A DNA stretch of 64,000 nt, taken from positions 11,342,959 through 11,406,958 of the forward strand of contig NC_068986.1 of assembly GCF_001194135.2 (NCBI RefSeq). Reading direction: 5' to 3'. A model generated the notes under the pieces. That model saw nothing but the letters and a program-made list of their open reading frames with translations. It searched no databases and had not been told where the DNA came from. Shown here one piece after another: positions 25,490 to 37,554 of this stretch; position 1 is the stretch's first letter; the number at the start of each line of letters is the position of its first letter. The DNA comes from Octopus bimaculoides (lineage: Eukaryota). Made by a program: the position numbers and the translations under genes.

Positions 25490-25650
25490 GCAGTATACAC
25501 TGTAAAAGTGATTGGTGTTAGGAAGGACATGTAGCTATAGTAACCATGCCAAAATAACACTGGAGTACGATGCAGTCCTTGGACCCATCAGATCCTGTCA
25601 CACCATTCAATGAATTCCAATATGGGACTTTGATATTAAATTATGATGAT
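25490..25650 (+). mobile_element. SINE/RTE 3' tail (module C), decayed
   Basis: GGTGTTAGGAAGGACAT..ACCATGCCAAA..TGATGATGAT. Confidence 0.65.
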
Positions 25651-26196
25651 GATATCTATAGTATTTGTCTCCATATTTTGGGATACGTGTTGACAGGAAA
25701 ATATGGTAAGTTATAATAACTTGCTCCTATTTAGTAATAATTTTTCTGTCGATCATCACTAAACCCGTGACAAAATTCTACCTTCTTTAAATCCTACAAT
25801 GAGTCCGCGGCTGGTATCGTACACTTTCATCAATGACTGTCTTTTATTAGGTCCTATCTCTGTTGCCATCGTCGTCACTTTTATATTAACTCTCAGCGTT
25901 GTTGGGGGAGAATTCTGCAGCTGGATGCCTTTCTCATTGATCGAAGAGAACATTCAGAAAGTGACAACTGAAGAGAGAGAGAGAGGGCTACACCAGTATT
26001 TAGTTGGAATTTATTTCCAACCAAGCAGACTAATGTGAAGTAAAGTGAAGTACCTTGCTTAAAGACACAATGCAATACCTGCTTCAGGAATTGAATTTAC
26101 AACATTAAGATTGTGAGTTCAACATATCACTTTTGGGCCATGTGTCTTCTTAGAATATTTATAAGTGGGTAAGGTTTGTTTTGAATCTTTTTATTT

Positions 26197-26460
26197 TATT
26201 AGTGGTCAGAGGGAAAAATGTGAACATAGAGAAGTTTGCAAAGGAAACATTTGCGAAAGAGTATCGGGCAAAATAGTTGAGACCGAATCTGAGCACATGT
26301 GAGAGATGATGATAGTATAAAAAGGTGGCTGAGCAAGTTGAAAAGAGCTGCAAATTCTGTGAAATTGTAAAATCTAAAGAATGTTCTATCATATGTCGCT
26401 GTATAAGCAAGAACAGTACAAATCTCATTATCATTTAACATTGAATTTTTTCCTCCTTTG
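26197..26460 (+). pseudogene. Possible hAT transposase N-terminal remnant (BED zinc finger)
   Basis: With frameshifts it reads ANSVK-C-KI-(C)-KNVLSY..NSTNLI(Y)HL, resembling the BED finger consensus. Confidence 0.4.
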
Positions 26461-27504
26461 GCCAAAGACCAATATATTCAGTATTGTATGAATGGAGTGA
26501 GTCAGCTTCAGGGTAACGATATTTTGAAGTGGAACTAAGTGTACCAATATTGGAATCATGTGATCATTAATAGGCAAGCTAGAAGAGCAAGCTAGATGTC
26601 AGATTCTTACACAAATTGTTGTTTCTCAAAAAATAAACCAAAAGATGTGTGTGGGAGGCAACATGTATTTTGTAAAAGAATGTGTTTGGTGGTTGATATA
26701 ACTTGTAATGCATGTTACTGGAGTTTTGCTATTTCAATACAAATATTACATAGTGAACATGTAGATTTGTCCAATTCGGGAGTTGGCCAACTTTATGTGT
26801 CATTCATGTATTCTTGAACTCATTGATAACTAATTCATCCTCATCATGTAAATATCTTCATCAAAATTAAAGAATATAATTAATTAAAAAAACAAAAAAC
26901 TTCTTGATTTAAAAACAATAATTCCTTAAGTTTTTGTGTCAGAAAACTCTTTTTAATAAGAAATATTTTAAAGAAATTTAATAGAAATACTTAATAAAGT
27001 TGAAGATAATAAAAATTCAGTGATATTATTATATTGATATAGTCAGAATGTTTAAAGTGAAATATGTGTTTGATGAATACTCATTATCGCATCAGTATCT
27101 GGCTGGAAATTAATGAGTTTTAGCCTTAAATTACCTATGCTCCTCCAGATTCAGTTAGAATACTCAAAATTGTTTATCAACCACTTGGATAACCGCATAG
27201 ACTGCTGCCAGCGCTTGATATTGATCATTTTGATTACCCCTTGGTGTTACACATATTATCATTTTAATGCGAAAGAGAAGGGCAGTGCATGTAGCTTTCA
27301 AAGGCACATACAGATTAGTGGGGTCAATACAATTGATATTTCACTCGAATCCTTTTAGTTGATACCTGTAAGCGAAATGCGGGCTGGGAGAGGATTCCAG
27401 GTAGGACTTGTAGGAGATAGCAAACAACTTGGTAGTTCAGAGGAACAAGGATCTGTTGAAGGAGCACATTCATGGTCTAACGGTTATAGTGTGTTGGTGT
27501 GTTT

Positions 27505-27800
27505 TGTCATCATTCAATATCCTTCTTCCATGCTGGCATGGGTTGGATGGTTCGACAGGATTTGATGAGCCATAGTGAAGTGGCGTGCTTCAGTGTCTGC
27601 TTTGTCATACCCTTTCTAACATCAACCTTTCTACAGAGTGTACCAGGTATATTTTTTTCATGGCACCAGCACTAGTAGTAAGGTCACTAAGTAACTTAGA
27701 AGACAGAGCTGGGATGCAATATTGTGGGAGATGGCTTTGAGCTAGGTCATGAGAAGCAAAAGTATGAAAGTAGGACAGAAACAGGTGTCTTGCCATGGTG
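27505..27800 (-). mobile_element. SINE/RTE 3' tail (module C), decayed
   Basis: TTCCATGCTGGCATGGGTTGGATGG..ATGGCACCAGCACTAG..ACAGGTGTCTTGC. Confidence 0.7.
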
Positions 27801-27864
27801 GAGATACATGACTACTCCAGCTGGAAAGAGAAGTCTGTTAATTAATTAGACAATTTATTTTATG

Positions 27865-28190
27865 CATTATGTACATTATTTACATTGGATGGATGTGTCC
27901 TCATCTTGTTACCACAATGTTTCGGCTGATTTACTCTCCAGCTTTCATCAGGTGTCCTGGTGGAATTTTGAACCCAACCCTGGGTTCTCATTTCTAAGGT
28001 ATTTTTTTATTATTATTTATTCAAGTCACTGCCTGAAATTGAACTTGGAATCTTGGGGTTAGTAGACCATCCTCTTAACCACTACACTATATTCTCATGG
28101 GCAATTATAGAGTGAATTTTAGGGCTTTTAAACCTAATATTTTTGTATCCTTCCTTAATACCAGTTCCCATATTCTACTCATATCTGCAC
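27865..28190 (-). mobile_element. Penelope-associated composite element: leader, tRNA-like cassette, (AAT)n, hammerhead (copy 1)
   Basis: Homologous over ~170 bp to 39290-39454; hammerhead core at 27911-27956; the leader encodes ADMSRIWELVLRKD, reminiscent of the end of a Penelope ORF. Confidence 0.75.
27911..27956 (-). ncRNA. Minimal type I hammerhead ribozyme motif (decayed copy)
   Basis: GACAC-CUGAUGA-AA-GCUG(10-nt loop)CAGC-C-GAAA-CAUU-GUGGU: both core boxes, a 4-bp stem II and CAC/GUG stem I are present. Confidence 0.75.
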
Positions 28191-28199
28191 AATATATTT

Positions 28200-29220
28200 T
28201 ATATTCTCAAAAATGTGTGTAAAAGCTGCTTTACTTCAGACCATATGAGTAATATTGACAAGTGAACTGCACATGTCTTGTAGAAGGACAGCAACTGTGC
28301 ACTGCTGAAAATATTTTTTCACTCTCAAGAGAAAGCCTGGTCTTTAGGATACTGTTATTGATGAGGTGATCAGTAAACGTCATCGGAAAAGGCCTGGTCT
28401 GGTTGTTTGGACTTTATTCATTGTGTAGAGTTAGTTGGCAATGGTATCAGGAGAGCATCCCATCTGCAGGGTCAATTCCCTAGTGTATTGATGTGAATCT
28501 TTGTGGATATCCTCATTAAACTGACCAGGTCAGCTAGAATGTAGAGAGTCTGTGAGATTGAATTTCTCTTCCTTGAAGCATGATAACCATTTGTATGTAG
28601 CTCATTCAGTATTAGTGCTTCCGGAGGCACAATGGCCCAGTGGTTAGGGCAACAAACTCGCGGTCATAGGATCGCGGTTTCGATTCCCAGACAGGGCTTT
28701 GTGAGTGTTTATTGAGTGAAAACACCTGAAGCTCCACGAGGCTCCGGTAGGGGATGGTGGCGAACCCTGCTGTACTCTTTCACTACAACTTTCTCTCACT
28801 CTTATTTCCTGTTTCTGTTGTGCCTGTAATCCAAAAGGTCAGCCTTGTCACACTGTTTCACGCTGAATATCCCCAAGAACTACGTTAAGGGTACATGTGT
28901 CTGTGGAGTGCTCAGCCACTTGCACGTTAATTTCACGAGCAGGCTGTTCCGTTGATCGGATCACCTGGAACCCTCGACGTCGTAAGCGACGGAGTGCCAA
29001 CATTAGTGCCTCCTCTATACACAGCAGAAATGTCTTGAGCAGCTTTGACAGCTTGATTGAAAGTGAAGGTGTTGAAAAGGCTCCTTTTTTTTTCTTCTTC
29101 TATTGAGCACTCCATTGTTATATATCTGAAAAGAGGTAGAATTTATTCAAATTTCAAAAATGATAAACAAAAGTTGTAGAGGGAGAAGAGAGTTATAAAG
29201 AACCATAAAACCCTACAATA
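28200..29220 (-). pseudogene. Mariner transposase remnant, internally deleted, split by a SINE
   Basis: MECSIEEEK..FNQAVKAAQDISAVYRG|GTNTE*ATYKWLSCFKEEKFNLTD..TRELTLQMGCSPDTI..MNKVQ joined to PDQAFSD..SFYK..WSEV, matching the mariner HTH and C-terminus. Confidence 0.75.
28623..29001 (+). mobile_element. Young full-length tRNA SINE (D type)
   Basis: A-box TGGCCCAGTGG, B-box GGTTTCGATTCC, CpG-rich; 12-bp TSD ATTAGTGC(T/C)TCC at 28611-28622 and 29002-29013. Confidence 0.9.
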
Positions 29221-30129
29221 GTATTTCCCATGTCAATTCAAAAAAATGTATTGAAAAGAAACGAACAAATTAATCTGACGACCCAATCTAAGGAGGTATA
29301 ATATACATAAAGTTTAATCCTCCCTGAATTTAAGTGTTGCCTGTTTATTTATCTTTTTAAATATATTAAATAACCTGACCGTAAAATTGTAAACAAAATT
29401 ATTTAGGGGAAAAAAAATTAATAAATCTTTGATAGGTTTTTTTTATTGATTGAAGCATGTTGCTTGCTGTGCCATTTACAATTCAGCATACTTAACACGG
29501 AATATAATTTCAATTTTATTCACTCCTTCTGTTGTAAAACTGACAAATGACTTTATTCTTATGCTAATGTTTAGTATTTCATAGCAGTCTCTTCAGCAGT
29601 CTAATGATATTATTATTGATATTTATTGTAACTTTCTGCTAGGACACTGTTCCCAACAGGATTTCACTTGATGAAGTCTGTTATATTGATTACCATTATC
29701 ATTCTGCTGTGGCTTTCTTTTGTTTCTTTTTAATTTTATACAATTGAAAATAATGATTTCTCTACATAGACTGATTTGTCTTCAGCAGTCTTGACCCGGA
29801 GAATTGTGATGTTGATGCCTCTCCCACGGATATTGGCAACAGACAACTCTTAGCTAGCAATGAAAATCAAGCTGCAAGCTTAGCTCACTGATAACTATGT
29901 GACACCCACTATTGAACCTTCACTTTAAAGGTGATGCTCCAGCTTATCCTTTACTATGATGGCTAATGCAAACTAAAGCTCAAAACACCTGAATATTTTG
30001 AAAAAACAAAATTTTTATTCTTCCAGAATAAAATTAGAGCCAAATAGATTTACCAAAGTTTGAATTAATGCCAGTTTGATGTGAGAAAGCAAGGATGTTT
30101 AAACAAATGCACAATACAAAAATTGGGTG

Positions 30130-30720
30130 GGTGTGGTGCAGGTTTAACTGTGTAGTTAAGAAATTTGCATTCCAACCCCATGGTTTCAGGTTCAGTTCCA
30201 CAGCATGGCACCTTGGGCAAATGAATTTGGTAGATGCAAACTGAAAGAAACCCCCCCCCCTATCTGTATACATACAGGGTGAGTCAAAAGTAGCACCCAG
30301 TTGCTATTTTAGGGTTGATATGTATGACTTCCCAATTGGGGGATACGTTTTTGACTTCTAACTCTTGTTTTACAGGTTGGGATATCAAAGAGTATAAACA
30401 ACATAATCCAAATTTAGTACTTTCAAAACTGTCAGTAATAACTTGCAAAACAACAAAGAAAGACAGGACTTCCCAGAAACTGGGCACTACTTTTGACTCA
30501 CTATATAATGTGTGTGTGTCCTTGCTTTGACATTGCATAATAATTGTGCCACCACTATACAAGCAATGTTATTCATTTCCAGTCTTCAGATGAAAAAAAT
30601 ATTTAGCCTTGGGGAAATATTACCATACTTATGAAAGATGAAGGTTGGCAGCAAAGAGATCTGGCTGCAAATCTACCTCAACAAATTTCATCTGGCCCTT
30701 GCAAAGATGGAATTGATGCT
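30130..30720 (+). mobile_element. A+E SINE interrupted by a Tc1/mariner MITE
   Basis: Module A at 30130-30250; module E resumes after 30508. Confidence 0.75.
30275..30505. mobile_element. Tc1/mariner-type MITE (231 bp)
   Basis: TA TSDs; ~28-bp TIRs CAGGGTGAGTCAAAAGTAGCACCCAGTT / (rc) TATAGTGAGTCAAAAGTAGTGCCCAGTT. Confidence 0.85.
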
Positions 30721-31139
30721 GATGGCTGGGTAATATTTGGAAAAGATTACTTCACATAGCCTTAGGTTGGAGACCAACTTCATGGTATACTGCACAATTT
30801 AACCAACAAGAAAATATTTGGATATCGCAAACATGATAGTAGAGTGGACTAGTAGGCAAGGAAGACAGTTTTCTTGTTGAAGCTCTCTGCCTACCTCCTT
30901 TGATTTCAGATATCCAATAGAGCTATTGTTCATGAATGCTTACTGCATAAAAAATATATGATTCCATTGAAATGAATTTCTGATGAATGCTTTGGTGCCC
31001 CATTACTATTATCTTTATCTCCTTCTCAACTACTCTCCTTTATATGATGTAGAGTAGCAAGACGTTTATGCTTGTCTCTCTCTGTGTATCATACTTTAGC
31101 CTTTTAACATTTGGCATAAAGCCACTTCCTTCTCTTGAA

Positions 31140-31390
31140 CACTTCCTCCATTCAGTAGTGGTGGCTTTTCCTGTCTTGCAAGTTACTTGGCAACGTCATT
31201 GGTGCCAATAGCACAACAAAAAGCACTCAGTACACACTGTAAAGTGGTTGGTATTAGGAAGGGCATCCAGCCATAGAAATCAGTGTCAAAGCTGACATTG
31301 GAGCTTAGCACAACTTTGCAGCTCATTGGATCTTGTCAAACCATCCAACCCTTGCCAACATGGAACTTGAACATTTAAATGATAATGTTG
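31140..31390 (+). mobile_element. SINE/RTE 3' tail (module C)
   Basis: GTGGTTGGTATTAGGAAGGGCATCCAGCCATAGAAA..AAATGATAATG. Confidence 0.75.
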
Positions 31391-31514
31391 AAATGAATAC
31401 CATTTAAATTGTATCATCATTCTGTAGTGGAGCAGTTGTGCCGATGGCAGTAGATTCTAGACAACAGCCTTTTATCTACAAGAATGTGGATGCTTGACTG
31501 AGAGTATGGTTTCA

Positions 31515-31700
31515 TCTTTCATCTTTCATTTGTTTCAGTCATCAGACTGCGGCCATGCTGGGGCACCGCTTTGAAGAATTCTTTAAGTTGAATGCATTGA
31601 ATCCAGTAATTATTGTTTTTAAAGCCTGGTTCTTATTGTATTGGTCTCTCTTGTCGAACATCTCACAGGGTTGTAAACAAGCATTGGTTATCAAGTGGTG
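31515..31700 (-). mobile_element. SINE module B
   Basis: TGTTTCAGTCATCAGACTGCGGCCATGCTGGGGCACCGC. Confidence 0.8.
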
Positions 31701-31839
31701 ATGGGACACACACACAAACTCTCTCTCTCTCAGTTGCTTTTATATATTTAATCTCAAAGGTATTAATTGCACATTTTTATGTTCTGGGAACATTGATACC
31801 AAAAATAGATCTTGTTATCTATGGTTGTAATAAATATTC

Positions 31840-32770
31840 ATTCAAGTTTGGTACAGGCCAGCAATTTTAGTGGGAGGGGATAAATCAATTACGTTGACCC
31901 CCTAGTGCCCAACTGGTGCTTATTTTATTGACCTTGAAGAGATGAAAGCTAAAGGTGACTTTGGCAAGGTTTGAACTTGGTTCGTAAAACCAGAGGAAAT
32001 GTTACCAAGCATCTTGTCCAGTGCACTAACAATTCTTCTAGCTCTCAATCTTAATAACTAAAATAATTTCAAATTTTGGTGCAAGCTCAGTAATTTTTAA
32101 GGGAAGGGGAGAGTTGATTGCATTAGTTCTAATCCCCCAGCTGGTAGTTATTTTATCAACCCTGCAAGGATGAAAGGCAAAGTTAACTTTGGTGGAATTT
32201 GACCTCTGAATACAAACCTAGAAGAAATGCTGCAAAACATGTTGTCCATCATGCTACTGATTCTGCCAGCCCACTGCCTGAATAATTACAATAATGGTTT
32301 TCTTTGTTCACCACAAGAGTGACTAACGAGGAACATTCAAGGACTAATTAGAAAAGCGGCAGGAGCTGGGGTTGCACAGGGTTGCTGGTATATGGGGAAA
32401 AGAGGGAAGAAAAATATGCAAAAGATATGAAAAGAGGTGTCCCAGTTTAGGGACAGCAACTCAATATAGGGACCAAGGCAAACAACCCCACAGACCCAAG
32501 AGTACCCTAACCAGGGTAAGTGCCTTCTTTCAGCTATATTCCTTGGTTTGATTTTTAATAATTATTCCTAACAGAGGTACAAGATGGTGTGATTTTGAGG
32601 GGAGAAGTTAGTCTGTTATATCAACCCCAGTACTTTGGATATTTTTCAACCACAGAGCAATAGAAGGCAAAGTAGCCCTTGAGAGGATTTGAACTCTGTA
32701 AAGAATCAGAACAAATACTGCAAAGCATTTTTCACAATGCCCTAACAGTTCTGACAATCCCCTGACCTAA
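31840..32770 (-). mobile_element. Cluster of three decayed OK-like SINEs (about 31840-32050, 32065-32285, 32590-32770)
   Basis: Each carries TTATTTTAT..GATGAAAGGCAAAG..TTTGAAC variants. Confidence 0.7.
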
Positions 32771-33052
32771 CCTTATTATATAAAAGCAAAATTTGGTTGC
32801 TCACATTGTAAACATTTGAGTAATAAGGGAGATTTATACGTAGAAAAGTGCAAATTGATAAACTGGAAATATTAAAAAATAGTTTGGGGAAAAGATTTGA
32901 ACATTGGTCTGATTAGCAGGGTAAGGTTTGTGGCATTGGTCTACAGCAAAAAATAAATATTTCCCCTTCTATTTTTTCTTTGTAGATTTAAAAAAAAAAA
33001 GTTAAAGTCACTGCAGTAGCTACTTAAGTCTGGTTTACTTGGTCTCCATGAA

Positions 33053-33083
<31 letters not shown>

Positions 33084-33124
33084 GATAGAGAAGGATTTCT
33101 TTTGACTCTAATAAGAGATGTAAT

Positions 33125-33354
33125 AATAGCTTCATGTTTTGGCACAAGGCCGGCAATTTTGGTGTAGTGGATAATTAGATTACATCAACCCCAGTACGTA
33201 ACTGGTACTTATTTTATCAATCATGGAAGGTAAAGTCAGTCTTGGCGGAATTTGAATTCAGAACAGAAAGACGTGAACAAAATGCTACTAAGCATTTTTC
33301 TCAGCTTGTTAACTATTCTGTCAATTCACTGCCTTCATAACAAATGTAATAACG

Positions 33355-33395
<41 letters not shown>
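33125..33395 (-). mobile_element. OK-like SINE with flanking (TAA)n
   Basis: TTTTGGCACAAGGCCGGCAATTTT..GGTACTTATTTTATC..GGCGGAATTTGAATTCAG. Confidence 0.8.
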
Positions 33396-33396
<1 letters not shown>

Positions 33397-34309
33397 GAAT
33401 CCTGTTCATGTCCGTTAAAACAATAATCTGTGTCATATCCTTGTTAAATGCCCCAAATTCTCACAAACAGTCTTTTTTTTTATGACTCATATATACTTTC
33501 TGTCGTAACATTTCCTAGAATCTTCCTATTCTTGTTGGTGCTTGAACTACAACGTAAATACTTTACTTTTTTTGTTATAAGGTCTAAATATGTCCAAGAA
33601 TTAGGGTGCTTATATATCAGGGTTCCTACAACTTCAATCTTTAGTGTTGTGGACTACCTCAGTTTTGAAGTTCATAATAGTAATGATATAACATATAAGA
33701 ACCTGATACAGTACAATAGAAAATTTATAGAATATAATATAGTATCTAAAAATACATGTTTTGTTGATATAAATATCTTCATCATTGAGATTATACAGTT
33801 ATACAAATTAGTTTCTTACACTTTTGCAGAGAAATAAGAGGCTGTCGGTTATATAGCTTGGATAAGAAAAAAGGAAATGAAAACAAGAATACCCAATATG
33901 TATCCAAGAGGAAAGGTTGATTTTTCTCCATGCTTAAAGCAACATGCAGTAATAGTTTATTTCTTTCTTAAATTCTGTTCAATTCGTATTCCAGAGAATG
34001 ATTTTGTTGCATTTAGAATCAATTACATTTGGGATACTAGCGTATGTTGAACATTTTGGGCATGTTTTTCTTGATTGGTTAAGTTATTGTAAATCAGTTG
34101 AATTAAGCAGTTTGTTGAATCCTTCTAAGTTGAATATCATCAAGATTTCTGCCAGTCAAATGGACGAGCTTTTGAATTCTAGTGCCTATTGTTGAGAGAA
34201 ATTTAGAATGATCTGGTTCTACTGAAATTTAATCATTAAATTTGTCAAAGAAAAAACTTAACATTTCAATATCTGCTTCAGTCGATTTTGAAATATATGT
34301 CAGACAATA

Positions 34310-34950
34310 TCTTTTATCTTTTACTTGTTTCAGCCATTAGACTGTGGTCATACTGGGGCACTGCCTTGAGGAGTTTTTAGTTGAATGAATTGACCCCTGT
34401 ACTTCTTTTTTTTTTTTTTTAAACTTGGTATTTTATCTATTGGTCTCTCTTGCTGAACCACTTAGTTGTAAGGACATAAACAAACCAACACCAGTTGTCA
34501 TATGGTGGTGGTGGACACACACACACAGTGGGCTTCTTTCAGTTTCCATATACCAGATCCACTCATAAGACTTTGGTTGATCTGAGGCTATTGTAGAAGA
34601 CATTTGTTCAAGGTGCCAATCAGTGGGATTGAACCTAGAACCATGTGGTTGGGAAGCAGACTTACCACAAACAGTTTCTAACCAAACACATATGTTGTGT
34701 AGGTCTTTCTGTTTTTGTCTCTTCTAATTTGTTTTTCTGATTCCACTTTTCCATGGATTGGATGAAGTTTATTGAGGCTTATTTTCTTGGCCTGGATGCC
34801 CTTCCTGTTGTCAACCCTCAACTGCTTTCAAGTGATATTTCATCATGGCCAGATAATGCTTTTGCAGAATATTGGAGATGAATGACACTGCATGACGGTT
34901 GTAAATGAGTGTCACTATTACACAAGCAGGGTCAGTACAAAGAGACACAC
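34310..34950 (-). mobile_element. A+B SINE (34310-34680) followed by module E (34735-34950)
   Basis: Reverse-complement homology to 48122-48490 and 12020-12245. Confidence 0.8.
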
Positions 34951-35109
34951 ACACATGCTCACTTACACATAGATATGATAGAAAATTTTTTATTTTAAAT
35001 CATTTTAAAATAGGAAGTTTGTATTATTGAACCAGTTTGATCTTGGGCAAGTTGGTATTAAGAGTTAATCTCTTTATGGTAAGGAATAAACTATGTTTTA
35101 GAAAATATA

Positions 35110-35370
35110 TTTAATAATAATGATGATAATAATAATGATTTCAAATTTTGGCACAAGGCCGGCGATTTTGAGGGAGGGAGTAAGTCGATTACATCAACCT
35201 CAGTACGCAACTGGTACTTATTTCATTGACCCTGAAGGGATGAAAGGCAAAGTCAACCTTGGTAGGATTTGAACTGAGAATGAATGATGGAATAAAAAAT
35301 GCTAAGCATTTTGCTAGGCATACTAACAATTCTTCCAGCTCACCTAATAATAATAATAATAATAATAATA
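35110..35370 (-). mobile_element. OK-like SINE flanked on both sides by (TAA)n
   Basis: GATTTCAAATTTTGGCACAAGG...TTCCAGCTCACC(TAA)n. Confidence 0.85.
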
Positions 35371-35934
35371 TACTGCAGAAAAACAATCATCTCATTTTTT
35401 TTTAAGACAGTGTATTTTGGATAAGATTATCCAATGTGTCTTTTGTTTTTTTTTTAAGGGAACAGAGTGGGATTTGAGAGAGATTTGATTACTGTTTCTA
35501 GCATGTAAACACATTGAAGCTCCCCCACCTTTTTTTCCCACTCATTTATGTTGATAAAGCAATATAGTGAAGACAGCATCTGAGAGGCTTTGACAATAAG
35601 TTCAAGACTTATTCAAAGACCCTTCCAGTGAGTAAAACAACAAAAACAATTATTGCTGTTTTTGTAGTAAATACACAAATAAATATTCTAAATATTTAGC
35701 CACTGATGCATAAAACATAATTCTGGTTCTATGATTGCAATTGCATAATAAGAAAAGAACCCGTGTTGGATGGGTAAATCATTATAGTTCAGATTCAAGG
35801 AACATTAATCACCTGAAAACTTTAGACTTTGTTCTATAATTTTATAATTGTCATCTGCTTTGGAGACACTGTTCATTTGTGGGTTAAGGGCAGTTAGTGG
35901 GAAAATTTATAGGGTGTCAAGCAAATACCTTTAA

Positions 35935-35986
<52 letters not shown>

Positions 35987-36404
35987 ATGTGTGTGTTGCT
36001 TTGCTTGTATATATGTAGATATGTGTCTATATCTATCTATACACACACACACACACACACACACATATTTGCATGCATATATATTGTCATAGATTTAACA
36101 TTAGCTTTCGATGATGGCTCAGGCTGTAAGGGTTATTGGGATCTAGTCTGTTTTTATTTGGTGTGACTTAACTGTAAGATGTGTTGGAAGATCATGTCTC
36201 ACCAAAGATGGAAAATATTCCAGTTTTGTATTAGTATTTATGGTTGGAATGGTTGGATAACTAACATCAACCAGTTTACAATGCATCCTGGTTACTGTGT
36301 TTTAAACTACCAGCTATAGACAAGTTGTGATGTCTCCAACAAAAGAGGCATAAATCATTCTCTAGATCCAGTGTTTTGTCCATTCACTCTCTGTATGTCG
36401 TGTG

Positions 36405-36970
36405 TCATCATCGTCATCATTTAACGTCCACTTTCCATGCTGGCATGGGTTGAATGGTTTGATTGAGGGGTGGCATGGCAGAAGGCTGCACCAGGCTCCA
36501 GTCTGATTTGGCAAAGTTTCTACAGCTGGATGCCCTTCCTAACACCAACCACTCAGAGAATGTAGTGAGTGCTTTTTATGTGCCACTGGCACAAGGGCCA
36601 GTCAGACAGGCCTGGTTTTGACCACACTTGGATGGTGCTTTTTACATGCCAGTCAGATGGTACTGTCATCAGCCACGACAACAATTTCACTTTCCTCAAC
36701 AGGTCTTTGCAAGTGCAGTTTATTGCCCCAATGATTGAAGGGTACTTTTAAATGGGCCAGTTATGATGCACTGGCATAGGCTATGGTTATGGTCTCACTT
36801 GGCTTGCCAAGTCTTCTGAAGCACAGCGTATCTCCAAAGGTCTCGGAAGCCCAACGTTCGAAGGTCATGCTTCACCACCTCATCCCAGGTCTTCCTGGGT
36901 CTACCTCTTCCACAGGTTCCCTCTACTGCTAGGGTGTGACACTTTTTCACACGGCTGTCCTCATACTTTT
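36405..36970 (-). mobile_element. 5'-truncated RTE LINE 3' end
   Basis: EDSRVKKCHTLAVEGTCGRGRPRKTWDEVVKHDLRTLG..WRYAVLQKTWQAK*, then a 3' UTR ending in module C and (GAT)n. Confidence 0.9.
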
Positions 36971-37554
36971 TATTGTGGCTCCAGTACTTTTGAGATTGGT
37001 TTGTGCCCTCCACGTACCACGACCAGAAAGCTGGGACAGATGTGCCATTTCAGTTCAAGTGCTTTTTCATTTCTTATGACATCATTGTCTTGTGATGATC
37101 AACAGGTCTGAGGGACAGTCCCTGAAGATTGCTGGGGTTGAATCAGTAAGTTCATGTTTGTCTCATGGTCAGCCTCTAAGTTGCACACTCGCATGCTGGA
37201 GCCTGCATTTAACTTTTCACAGGAGCACCTAACTGCAGAACAAGAAATGTTGTCTTATCTCAGACAGCCTACTAAATATAAACACAATTTGTTAGATTTC
37301 TTTCTGTTTTGTATGTGGCATATCTATTTTGTATGACAAAACAATAAAGTAAAATGTAAAGATATTTTCTTGAGTCACAAAATTAAAACTATTGTTTAAT
37401 AGAAACCCAATTGTAAAAGCTTCATATGTCAAAGAAGCCTGGGAAAAGAAATCCAACTTAAAACATGCATTACAATGACAAATATATGCAAACATAAGAT
37501 CTACATATGTAAATAAAACTATACAGAATATTGCTGTATGTCAAGTCATTTAGT

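Noticed and set aside
28250-28450. Apparent GIY-YIG remnant (QTTRP..RFTDHL..SAVH) that would extend the Penelope element upstream
   Set aside because: The same stretch is better explained, collinearly, as mariner transposase (KVQ then PD.A.SD..FYK..W.EV).
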